Of a DNA stretch of 64,000 nt, positions 18,624 through 27,720 are shown one piece after another. Made by a program: the position numbers and the translations under genes. The DNA lies in sequence record NC_070958.1. The stretch is one strand, 5' to 3'. Under the pieces are notes generated by a model that had not been told where the DNA came from, did not search any database, and was given only the letters and a program-made list of their open reading frames with translations. Within the stretch, counting starts at the first letter, position 1. Each line of letters begins with the position of its first letter.

Positions 18624-19727
18624 ATGTCTTTAAGCTTATCCAATAAAGGTGCCGGTGGAACGACCTCTGATAAAACAGTTGGTGAGACACTCGGTCCCTA
18701 CGAAGAGAGTATGGCTTTCTTCGAAAAGAAAGAAATTAAGGTTGATAAGGAGAGTGTTACTTTCCCTAACAAACTTTATGTCGATGGTATTGAATCCATC
18801 GTAACCAGTTTCGGTTCTGTTCAGGTTCCTCTTCGTCAATACCTGGGTTCCGAGAATGAACAAACGCTGGCTGACGACTATAGTGGTAATGAATCTCTCG
18901 GTGAAACACTGAAGAACATCATGAAAGCTATCATCCAGTTGGCCAAAGACGCAGTTGAGTTTGTGATGAACCTGATCAACAATAAACTCACACGTCTGGA
19001 TAACGCACTCTTCCGTCTGAAGGGTCGTAGGAAGCGTCAAGGTCTCGCTGATAAGGAAGTTTCTTATCCCATTGGGGTAAGACGTCTGATGATCCCTGGT
19101 AAGGTTTCCACTGGTCCTGAATGGATTCCTGCTTCTCTCGCCGAAGTGAAGAAGTTCTATCAGAGCTACATCAAAACCTATCGTGATCTTACCAAGCTGA
19201 TTTACATCAGTCCCGATCACTTTAGTCCTGAAGCTCACAACGAAAAGATCAATGCCATCATGCGTACTGATATGGGGATGAACATCGCCCAGTCAAACAG
19301 TGATGGTTCTGATGCGTATCGTTGTGGTCCGATCCCGGGTAACCGTTATTTCTGCTTTGATAGCCGAAGCGACATAAAGGCAGAACGGTCCAGCATCTAC
19401 TTCACTGACACCACCATGGAAGTGAAGTTGCTGTCCAAGACCTTCATGGCCACAGGTCACGTTATCGATAAGACTATTGACGGTATTCAGGAGTTGATTG
19501 ATGAAGTGCGAAAGAACCAGAAAACTGTTGGCGAGCTCCACCGCGAGTTCGAGAAGGCGGTTGTGGGTTTTGAGAAGAGAGAAGGACGAGCAGTCACAGC
19601 AGACCAGCGACACTTCCTCCGGTACCTCATCAATCATTCCAAACGTCAGTCCCAACTGACAGTCCAGTACGTCACCTCTGTATGTGACATCGCCATGGAC
19701 TTCTGTGACGCAGGTATCCGTAAATGA
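18624..19727 (+). CDS. Putative internal head protein with propeptide
   Basis: GGAGG SD; DGIE-S and SGNE-SL sites followed by an amphipathic helix. Confidence 0.6.
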   Translation: MSLSLSNKGAGGTTSDKTVGETLGPYEESMAFFEKKEIKVDKESVTFPNKLYVDGIESIVTSFGSVQVPLRQYLGSENEQTLADDYSGNESLGETLKNIMKAIIQLAKDAVEFVMNLINNKLTRLDNALFRLKGRRKRQGLADKEVSYPIGVRRLMIPGKVSTGPEWIPASLAEVKKFYQSYIKTYRDLTKLIYISPDHFSPEAHNEKINAIMRTDMGMNIAQSNSDGSDAYRCGPIPGNRYFCFDSRSDIKAERSSIYFTDTTMEVKLLSKTFMATGHVIDKTIDGIQELIDEVRKNQKTVGELHREFEKAVVGFEKREGRAVTADQRHFLRYLINHSKRQSQLTVQYVTSVCDIAMDFCDAGIRK

Positions 19728-20260
19728 ACATAGAGATCTCTACGATTTGTCGTAAGCGATTGAAGCGTTCAGTGATTTGTCTGTACAACGACCTTACCGA
19801 CGATACACTCGATGTCGCTGTCGATCCGCTTACACTGCACAACCATAATGACTCGTGCATTCTGGTTAAGGACGGATTAAGTCACGGTGGGTTGTTGGTT
19901 GATAAGATCGACCTGAAAGATTTGTTCCCCGGTACGTTGGATATCCGACACTACAAGGGTCAAAACAAAGATCATCACCAAGTAGTGATGGACACGTCAC
20001 AAGAGGGCCTGAATCGCTTTATAAACGATTTCTCCGCCAAACACGACTGTGACATGGTGGGTCTCAATCATCCTCTCCTGAACGATCCTGTAAGCTATAG
20101 CAAAGAGTTGCTACGAAACTTTGTTCTGTTCTGTCGGTTGCATGGGTTCTGGGAACTCGATGCTGTTGATTTGAGCCTGCACATGGATGAGGAGAAACTC
20201 TACATGACCGTTGTCAAAACTCATCCGGTCTACACTGGTTCAATCGAGGTACTGATATGA
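19724..20260 (+). CDS. Hypothetical protein
   Basis: 178 aa, ATGA overlap with the upstream gene. Confidence 0.7.
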   Translation: MNIEISTICRKRLKRSVICLYNDLTDDTLDVAVDPLTLHNHNDSCILVKDGLSHGGLLVDKIDLKDLFPGTLDIRHYKGQNKDHHQVVMDTSQEGLNRFINDFSAKHDCDMVGLNHPLLNDPVSYSKELLRNFVLFCRLHGFWELDAVDLSLHMDEEKLYMTVVKTHPVYTGSIEVLI

Positions 20261-20796
20261 ACGAAACCCTGAATCACGATTTGTTCCTTCTTTTGAAGCA
20301 GCAGCTTGTGATTGCCGAACTTGTCTCTCTCAATGCTGCGGTAAAAATCGACGGTATTGAAGTTGACATTAACGAATTGGAGAAGAGCATTGTTAAACTG
20401 GTTACTCAGATTGACCAGGACATGACTCCTCCCATTGCACTCTTGGCTGGACGTAAAGTGAAGGTCGATGTTCGTGGGCTGGCTAACGAGCTCTCTGATA
20501 GCCTTTCACGGTACTACGGGGGTCAAGGTGCATGCAATCCTGAACGTATCGCTTTCCTGGTCCACAAGTGTCCACGCAACGATGAAGTGATCGATCTGTG
20601 TAACCTCGAAGAGTACTCTAACTACGACAAAGAAGATGTGACTACACTTCTTGTCCAGGTGACTCGCATCACTGATGCTGTTCGAGGTTTCCGCAAAGCC
20701 AATGAACGCTCACTGGGTGGTCTGTTGGTATTGGTCAACTTCATGCAGATTGTCGATATGGTGTTTGAAACCACCAATGAACGTTATGGAGCCTAA
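20257..20796 (+). CDS. Hypothetical protein
   Basis: 179 aa, ATGA overlap with the upstream gene. Confidence 0.7.
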   Translation: MNETLNHDLFLLLKQQLVIAELVSLNAAVKIDGIEVDINELEKSIVKLVTQIDQDMTPPIALLAGRKVKVDVRGLANELSDSLSRYYGGQGACNPERIAFLVHKCPRNDEVIDLCNLEEYSNYDKEDVTTLLVQVTRITDAVRGFRKANERSLGGLLVLVNFMQIVDMVFETTNERYGA

Positions 20797-20798
20797 CT

Positions 20799-21740
20799 AT
20801 GGGTACAGTAACAGATTTACCACAACACAGTTGGGATGAGGATGAATATCCCGACGCAGCACTGGCCGTTTCCGATGACATGCCCACGGTATATCCTACC
20901 GAGGAACAGCGTGCCAGGGAAGAGCGGCAAGAGAGCGATCTCAAACACGCAGAACTCATCCTGGACGGTTACGGTGAGATGCTGAGCGATAAAGAACCTG
21001 GAATGGATATCTCCGGTAATGAAGCCTATGCCAGAACTTGTCTGGAGCTGAATGGCTACAGTGGGAATGAAGGGTTTGGTGAAGACCTCATGGCGTCTGG
21101 CAAAGCCGCGTACGACTCTCTCAAAGAAGTACTCAGTAACATCATGAAGTATTTCAAGGGTGACGGCAAGGCTCGCGCTGAAGCCGCTGAAGAAGGTAGT
21201 AAAACTGCTATCAAAGCCCTGGCTGAAAACGAGGATCGTTCAGCGCCGATCAAGAAAGAGTCCGTACTCGCTAAGTCCGCAACCTACGTCGCTAGCCTTC
21301 GTGAGACTCAGGTCATCGCTGCTATTCTCAGTAAGCACCCCGATCTCAAGAAGTCATTCGAGGACGTAGTTGCGGCAACTAGCCGGATTGACAACGCGCA
21401 AACCGTAGGTCAGTTCGGGGCTTGCTTGGAACTCATGTCCAGTAAAGCGGCCGCTTGTCTCGATAAGGTCCTCACACTCGCAGAAGAACAGCTCCGGAAT
21501 GCAGACACAACTGTTTCCAAACTTCGTTCTCCTAAACGGGTTGGGGACACCGAACCCTCCGAGGTAAAGGCCGCGGCTAAAGCCGAACAAAAGGGTGTTG
21601 TTGATCAAGGCAAAGAAGCGGTAGCCGATGCTCGTAAGTTCACCTCTATTCAGAACACCCTTATCGGGTACCTGAACAAGATTGCTGGTGCTGCCAACTC
21701 TGTTGCCAAGGTAAAAGCACCTTCCAAATTCAAGGGGTGA
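20799..21740 (+). CDS. Putative internal head protein; paralog of 1211..2221
   Basis: Acidic propeptide, SGNE-AYARTCLELNGYSGNE-GF, then an amphipathic helix. Confidence 0.6.
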   Translation: MGTVTDLPQHSWDEDEYPDAALAVSDDMPTVYPTEEQRAREERQESDLKHAELILDGYGEMLSDKEPGMDISGNEAYARTCLELNGYSGNEGFGEDLMASGKAAYDSLKEVLSNIMKYFKGDGKARAEAAEEGSKTAIKALAENEDRSAPIKKESVLAKSATYVASLRETQVIAAILSKHPDLKKSFEDVVAATSRIDNAQTVGQFGACLELMSSKAAACLDKVLTLAEEQLRNADTTVSKLRSPKRVGDTEPSEVKAAAKAEQKGVVDQGKEAVADARKFTSIQNTLIGYLNKIAGAANSVAKVKAPSKFKG

Positions 21741-22663
21741 TGATTGTGACCTTTACAGAACTGGTTGAACAGAATCTCCCTGAAGGTCACTCCCTTTCGA
21801 GAATCTATTCCGTGAGCAAGACCCATTCCGTATTGGAAACACACCAAGACGGGATCCCACATGAATACATGATGGAAAAGCTCGACATCTCCGAGTTGTT
21901 CATTATGCCTCCAGTGATAGGTCTTCCTCATGCAATAAGTCGCGACTCTCTTTATAACCTGATGTCAGAACGTTTTGACCTCGGGTTGGTAAAGGGGATT
22001 GATTACTTAGACGGGACCATGCAACAAGTAACTGATGACCCGATGTATGTCACGCTGCCAATACATGAAGACAGTCACGGATATACCGGTGAACTTCGGT
22101 TCTACGTTGTTAACGAGAAACGGTCCCTTTCAGGTAATCTGAAGCGTCGCGATCTCACTGGCTGTGATCACACCATCGTTCTCAATGACTTCAAACTCCG
22201 GACCCTCCTTGTGTCCAAGACTTGGGGTTATGGATCTGAAAAACGGATGTTCTCTTTTGAGACACTCTCGGGTTACTTTGTTTCCCTGTTGATGACTGCC
22301 ATCAAAGAAACATTCGGTGAAGAACAGGATGTAGTAGAAGAAGGTCAATTCACTCGTGGTGTAGTGACGGGTTTGTTTAATGACGGTCTTTCCGACATTG
22401 CAATCTTCAAGCTCTATAACGGTGTTGAATACCTGATTCGTTTCTCTTCTCCTAAAGGGGATTTACCACTTCACTTAAAAGAAACTGAAGACGCAAACTT
22501 ATTGGATGAGAACTCGAAAGAGATCTTAGCCGGGAGTGTGGAAAGAATCGGGAAAAGTGAGGGGGAAGAAACTATTACTACAGAGGAGGAAGAGATAGCG
22601 ATAGCTATTGATGACGACTTCCTTATTCCTTCTTTACCTCCGAAGGAGAATACTCCTAGTTAG
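21737..22663 (+). CDS. Hypothetical protein, probably virion, with an acidic C-terminal tail
   Basis: 308 aa, GTGA overlap with the upstream gene, followed by a terminator. Confidence 0.7.
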   Translation: MMIVTFTELVEQNLPEGHSLSRIYSVSKTHSVLETHQDGIPHEYMMEKLDISELFIMPPVIGLPHAISRDSLYNLMSERFDLGLVKGIDYLDGTMQQVTDDPMYVTLPIHEDSHGYTGELRFYVVNEKRSLSGNLKRRDLTGCDHTIVLNDFKLRTLLVSKTWGYGSEKRMFSFETLSGYFVSLLMTAIKETFGEEQDVVEEGQFTRGVVTGLFNDGLSDIAIFKLYNGVEYLIRFSSPKGDLPLHLKETEDANLLDENSKEILAGSVERIGKSEGEETITTEEEEIAIAIDDDFLIPSLPPKENTPS

Positions 22664-22691
22664 AAAAGAGAAGAAGAAAAGATAATACAAT

Positions 22692-22730
22692 ACCTCTCCT
22701 CACTCCCGAAAGGGGTGGGGAGGGTTATGT
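22692..22730 (+). terminator. Terminator hairpin, CC-GAAA-GG family
   Basis: ACCTCTCCTCACTCC-CGAAAG-GGGTGGGGAGGGT, with G-U pairs. Confidence 0.65.
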
Positions 22731-22770
22731 TTGTTAAGATCTTATGGACTTGTTATAAAGAGGAAAGGAT

Positions 22771-24321
22771 ATGATCAAGGTACGTATTCCCTCTGCTGAG
22801 TCATACAAGATTTCAACCAGACCTGCTGCATACGCTTCTTTGAAGCAAGCACTGGACTATTTCCATTTGTTGAAGCAAGGTCAGAAAATCTACTTCAATG
22901 GGGAGGCTGAAGTCTCTAAGCTCATCGGTGGTGAGTTCGATAATAATCGAGGGTCTGATATACAAACAGACGTAGGTTATGACGACAAAATCTTTATTGA
23001 GTTTGAAGTAGGAGAGAGTGAATATAACGATGGATTGGACAGTGCTGATTTTGACGCACAAACTGTTCCGACCATGTGGACTGATCCCCAGACTGGTTCT
23101 TGGATTCGTCCTGTATTCAGTGGGCGTAAGTGCGAAGTAACAGTGAACAAGTTCTTTAAAGACCGAGTTCAAGCACAACGCTACCAACACGAGATACGCG
23201 ATAAACTGAACCAAAAGGTTTTCAATACACTCTTCGACGTACAGACTCATTATCCATTAACCGTAGACATCCTGGAATGTTTCCAAGAAATCTACAACCG
23301 ATTGAACAATGTTGGTGAGATTGCACCTGAACACAGTAACTTTATCAAATGGTTCTGCGCTAAATCAGAAGTCCCTTATGACTTTATCTCCAACATCATC
23401 GGAAATAACACGGTATTCGCATTCAAGCAAGAGTCATCTGAAAATGGGCTTAACTACGGGGTGGTCAACATCGCCGCAGTGAATAAAGGTGCTTATATCG
23501 GGAAGTACGAAGTGAGTTGGAGTTATTCCTTCTATTGGAATATCCACACCCACTGGGATCTTTGTTTCCCCATCCAGGTATGGCAACAACCCATGCCGCA
23601 TGAATATCTTCCCGATCTGTTTGTTAATACCAAGTACGAGTACGCAAGCAGAATGTTCATGGAATCCAAACTGGCTAGCCAGATCTTTGATTACCGGAAG
23701 AGTTCTCCAATCCAGTACCACGCGCTCCCATCACAGGACAACTGGCGTCCACCCGTTACGTCTTGGGTTTCTCCCCAACTCCAGGTATTGGTGTGCATGG
23801 AAGATGTTCCTGGGGAACAGGTCATACTGAATATCAAAGAGATCCATGGTTTCACTTGGAATCAGGAAATACTCGATTGGATCATGAAGTTTAGAACCAA
23901 GGTGACACGGCGACACGCCAATCCACTCCAGTTCAAACTGTACTCTAACGAAGTGGAGGTCAAGAATGACCAACTCGAACTCAGAGAAAACGGAGATCTC
24001 GTTCTCCTACGACCGGCTACTCTTGGAAACATCTATCGGCTCACTTTCAACCTCGATTACGCCCTTCGTCTTTATGATGACGAGTGTCGTGACGATCTTG
24101 TAAACAATCCTGATTGGTGTGAATGGATTATCGGTATCCTGTTCCCCAATTACAAACCTCAACCTGGTTTCGGTGATGACGGTGTTTGGGATTGGTGGGA
24201 GATACACAACGACATCGATGTGGGTGACGGTGAAGAGGTAGATTTCTTCGAAAGAGGAACTATCGGTGCACTTATCATTGCACATAACCGTGATGAGACT
24301 AATACCCGCATTTGGTATTAA
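22771..24321 (+). CDS. Virion structural protein, probable tail/neck
   Basis: 516 aa, GAGGAAAGG SD, first gene of a four-gene operon; function by synteny only. Confidence 0.55.
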   Translation: MIKVRIPSAESYKISTRPAAYASLKQALDYFHLLKQGQKIYFNGEAEVSKLIGGEFDNNRGSDIQTDVGYDDKIFIEFEVGESEYNDGLDSADFDAQTVPTMWTDPQTGSWIRPVFSGRKCEVTVNKFFKDRVQAQRYQHEIRDKLNQKVFNTLFDVQTHYPLTVDILECFQEIYNRLNNVGEIAPEHSNFIKWFCAKSEVPYDFISNIIGNNTVFAFKQESSENGLNYGVVNIAAVNKGAYIGKYEVSWSYSFYWNIHTHWDLCFPIQVWQQPMPHEYLPDLFVNTKYEYASRMFMESKLASQIFDYRKSSPIQYHALPSQDNWRPPVTSWVSPQLQVLVCMEDVPGEQVILNIKEIHGFTWNQEILDWIMKFRTKVTRRHANPLQFKLYSNEVEVKNDQLELRENGDLVLLRPATLGNIYRLTFNLDYALRLYDDECRDDLVNNPDWCEWIIGILFPNYKPQPGFGDDGVWDWWEIHNDIDVGDGEEVDFFERGTIGALIIAHNRDETNTRIWY

Positions 24322-24330
24322 GGATACGAA

Positions 24331-25626
24331 ATGGCACAGACGATCATTGGGGCTACTCCGGCCCCAAAGCGTGAAGAACGCGCAATGGATCCTGCCTACA
24401 AGCACAGCTTGGTAGAATCCAGTTATACCCCGCATACTAGTATGCTCTCCTTCGTTTCTGGGGAGCCAACTCTCACTGAGTATTACCGTGGGAGTTACGC
24501 ACAGGACGAAGAACAACATAGTTTCGAGCCACAGTCCATACAGACCTACGCTTCCTATAAGCGGATTAACCATCTCATCATGAAACTGAACGTGGGTGAA
24601 AACTTCATGTTCGATCAGGTGACTGGTCAAAGTTCCGTAACAATCACCGGATACGTTCTTTTCGACCTCACCCCTAACAAGGGCGACTTGTTCATTAAAG
24701 ACGTGGGTGATGGCCGAGCCGGTTTGTTTACCCTGGTAGAGCAGCCCGAGATCTACACTGTTACCGCGGACAAGTGTTACGGTATCGAAGCCAGAATGAT
24801 CGGGTTTGTTACCCAAGCTATCATGGACAACCTCAACAGTAAAGTGATTGAGGAACTGTGGTATCAAAAGGATATGGCCGTTGCTGGTGGGAATGCTATT
24901 CTCTCCACAATGGATCACGATTTGAACAAAGAGCTTTACTCTGCGCAAATCGCTATTGTGGAAGACGTGCTCGCTAACCACTACTATTGGGATGAGGACA
25001 CCATCGCAATTCCCAATGACGAAGAAGACCTCCTCTACGATCCCTACCTTGCTAAATTCCTGAGTTACGTCATTCCGACGAGTCTCATGGGTCAACGCAA
25101 GAAGATCTGTTTGCTCAGTGTCAACTACTGGGTAGATAACAGGAAGATGCAAGAACCGCTCACTATCTGGGATATGTTCTACCGGAACGATTTCAGTAAC
25201 CCTGCCAGGTTCAAGCAGGACTTCTTTGTTCATCCGCGTAACAGTCTGTTGAATGCGAGGACGTATGGTTCAGTATTCTTCTCGAAGTTTGACAGAGCGA
25301 TTGTCATTCATGAAAAGGCGGCACGACGTGACGCTTACAAAATGAATGGCGCCATGTTCGCAATCGGCCCGTCCCCGACCTACTCCACCACACCGGGTGA
25401 ACCGTACAGCTATTACTTTAGCGATGAGTTCTACGAGGGTAAATCCACCAATGACAATGAGAAATTTGTCTGGGATATGTTCAAAGACAAAACGGTGGAT
25501 AAGAAGAAACTGTTGGAAGTACTCAAGGGTTTCTGGTCTATGGACGAGAAAGACAAGCTTTACATGAGCGGGATCTATCTATTAGCCATCAGAATGGCTC
25601 TGGTGAAATCTTCTGCTTATGTATAA
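24331..25626 (+). CDS. Virion structural protein, probable tail/neck
   Basis: 431 aa, AAGGA SD; function by synteny only. Confidence 0.55.
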   Translation: MAQTIIGATPAPKREERAMDPAYKHSLVESSYTPHTSMLSFVSGEPTLTEYYRGSYAQDEEQHSFEPQSIQTYASYKRINHLIMKLNVGENFMFDQVTGQSSVTITGYVLFDLTPNKGDLFIKDVGDGRAGLFTLVEQPEIYTVTADKCYGIEARMIGFVTQAIMDNLNSKVIEELWYQKDMAVAGGNAILSTMDHDLNKELYSAQIAIVEDVLANHYYWDEDTIAIPNDEEDLLYDPYLAKFLSYVIPTSLMGQRKKICLLSVNYWVDNRKMQEPLTIWDMFYRNDFSNPARFKQDFFVHPRNSLLNARTYGSVFFSKFDRAIVIHEKAARRDAYKMNGAMFAIGPSPTYSTTPGEPYSYYFSDEFYEGKSTNDNEKFVWDMFKDKTVDKKKLLEVLKGFWSMDEKDKLYMSGIYLLAIRMALVKSSAYV

Positions 25627-25641
25627 CAGAAGGTATTAAGA

Positions 25642-26310
25642 ATGATCTACGAGCGCTACAACGCCGTTAGGAAGCGTTTAATCGAACTCCATAAAGCAAT
25701 GACCAAATACACCTATGACGTCGTTGCTCCCCCATCTGCTTTTATGCAGATGGAAGAGTTGAAAGATACGGTTGAACGTGAACGGTACAAAATCGGATTG
25801 GACCGATTAGGTGATTTGGTTGAACGACCAATGACTATCATGAAAATGGCTTCTGCGATCTCTATTAATGGGGATGACAGCCAAATCCATTTCAGATGGC
25901 CCAGGAGAGACATACCGGATATTTACGAAAACATCCAGGAGTACATCAAGCTGTGGTTGGAAATCAAAACTGACTACGCTTGGTTGAAAGCTGCAAGCCT
26001 GGAAGAACTCGAATATCTGGAAGCAGTTGCAAAGTTTGTCTTCGGTCCCTATAAAGAGTATCGCGCAGGAAAGATCAACAAAGAGATCAATCGTGGCGGT
26101 ACTGGTTCTGACCTCCTGGATGCGTTGACAGGCGTTTGGATGCTCGGTGAGGAAGGTATGCAAGAGATCTCCTTTGTTAGTCACATAGCGCTTTACAGAG
26201 AGGCTAATGGGATCAGCAAGGGCATCAGTACCAACCTCGGTCATTCTGAGACCCTGGAATCCCTGCTTCGCGGAAGTTCGTTTGGCGGTGGTATGAGCGG
26301 ACTGGTTTAA
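25642..26310 (+). CDS. Hypothetical protein
   Basis: 222 aa with an AGAAGG SD, inside the operon. Confidence 0.75.
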   Translation: MIYERYNAVRKRLIELHKAMTKYTYDVVAPPSAFMQMEELKDTVERERYKIGLDRLGDLVERPMTIMKMASAISINGDDSQIHFRWPRRDIPDIYENIQEYIKLWLEIKTDYAWLKAASLEELEYLEAVAKFVFGPYKEYRAGKINKEINRGGTGSDLLDALTGVWMLGEEGMQEISFVSHIALYREANGISKGISTNLGHSETLESLLRGSSFGGGMSGLV

Positions 26311-26320
26311 GGGGATTTAA

Positions 26321-27673
26321 ATGTCAATGAACGTTCTGGTAAGTAGCTTGTTACAACAGGCTAAGATTACCGCCAAAATCTCCGGTAAGATAGCTGATAG
26401 CACGACACTCCGTGCTATCTTTATCACACCAGTTGCACAGCACACCGCTATAAAGGTACTTCAGCATACCAGACAAGCCGATTTCATTTCCAACAGAGCT
26501 GAATGGGTTGGACTCACAGTCCAACTCCAACCTGGTGTTTACCAGGATAAGATACTCCCATACAGAGATGATCTCCGTGTCCAGGTTATCTCTTCAACAG
26601 AAACAGATGTGAAAATATCTGAGTACGTTGCGGTCCCTCTCAATAGTGACGATCCCAGAGTGATGAGCAATACAACTGTCAATGCTGATTTTTCAGCGCA
26701 GGACTCCGTTGCATTGCAAGAATTCCAATTCCAGCTTATCGATCCTGGGTTTGCTAAGTTGAAGAACTTGGAAGTAAGTGATAACTTCCCAATGAGTAAC
26801 GTTGCGGATGTAATCAGAATCACGATGGAGGAGAATACACAAAAGGTCGGTCTGGAAGGGAAGGAAAAGTATCGTGGACTCTACATGGTAGAGCCTGTGG
26901 ACAATGTGAACAAGTACCGACAGATCTTGATTCCTAGTGGAACAAGACTGATCAACCTTCCATTGTTTATTCAGAACCACCCTGAGTTTGGAGTTTACAG
27001 TCGTGGGTTAGGTTGCTTCTACAAACAGAACTATTGGTGGGTTTATCCCCTCTTCAATACAAGTCTTGTGGACGTACACCACCGACCTATTGACCTCATC
27101 AGGATGCCAAGGGACAAAGCCCCTACACTTGATGAAACCTTTTATGTTTCTGATGTGGCGCTCACTATCATCTCAACTGGTGATGGTGAACATAGCGACA
27201 CAGCCGACATTACGAAACAGAATAAAGGTGTTGGTTCAAGGATCGTGATGGGTGACGCGATCTCTGGTGATGCAGGGTATCATTACTCTAAAGGACAGGC
27301 AATCACTACACGTCAAGAAACGATACAAGAGTATAAGCTTTCTGATAGAAAGGATGGGTCTGAGTATACTCCTTTGGATCTTAACCCAACCGGTAACGTT
27401 TGTCGGGCCATGACCAATAACTCCATCAACGAAGGTGAAGTTATTACTGTTGAGTGGCATAACGGAGACATTGGGTATCTCGAACCAGGTCATCCATTGC
27501 GTTACCAGTACATATCTTCAGAAGGTGGGCTCACCACTCGTAAAGGTGTGCTTCTCGGATATCGTTGTGATTATGTTCCTATCACTGGCGGTCCATTACC
27601 CAAGATGAAGAGGACTTGTGTGCTCACAGTGTTCCTCAAGCGTCAAGAACGGTATAAAGCTCCACAGGAATAA
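26321..27673 (+). CDS. Virion structural protein, possible baseplate hub
   Basis: 450 aa, beta-rich; function inferred from position. Confidence 0.45.
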   Translation: MSMNVLVSSLLQQAKITAKISGKIADSTTLRAIFITPVAQHTAIKVLQHTRQADFISNRAEWVGLTVQLQPGVYQDKILPYRDDLRVQVISSTETDVKISEYVAVPLNSDDPRVMSNTTVNADFSAQDSVALQEFQFQLIDPGFAKLKNLEVSDNFPMSNVADVIRITMEENTQKVGLEGKEKYRGLYMVEPVDNVNKYRQILIPSGTRLINLPLFIQNHPEFGVYSRGLGCFYKQNYWWVYPLFNTSLVDVHHRPIDLIRMPRDKAPTLDETFYVSDVALTIISTGDGEHSDTADITKQNKGVGSRIVMGDAISGDAGYHYSKGQAITTRQETIQEYKLSDRKDGSEYTPLDLNPTGNVCRAMTNNSINEGEVITVEWHNGDIGYLEPGHPLRYQYISSEGGLTTRKGVLLGYRCDYVPITGGPLPKMKRTCVLTVFLKRQERYKAPQE

Positions 27674-27679
27674 CATACT

Positions 27680-27711
27680 AGCTAGAGCTACCCCGTGGGG
27701 TAGCTCTAGCT
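27680..27711. terminator. Near-perfect 32-bp palindrome between convergent genes
   Basis: AGCTAGAGCTACCCC-GT-GGGGTAGCTCTAGCT. Confidence 0.7.
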
Positions 27712-27720
27712 TTATCTTAG

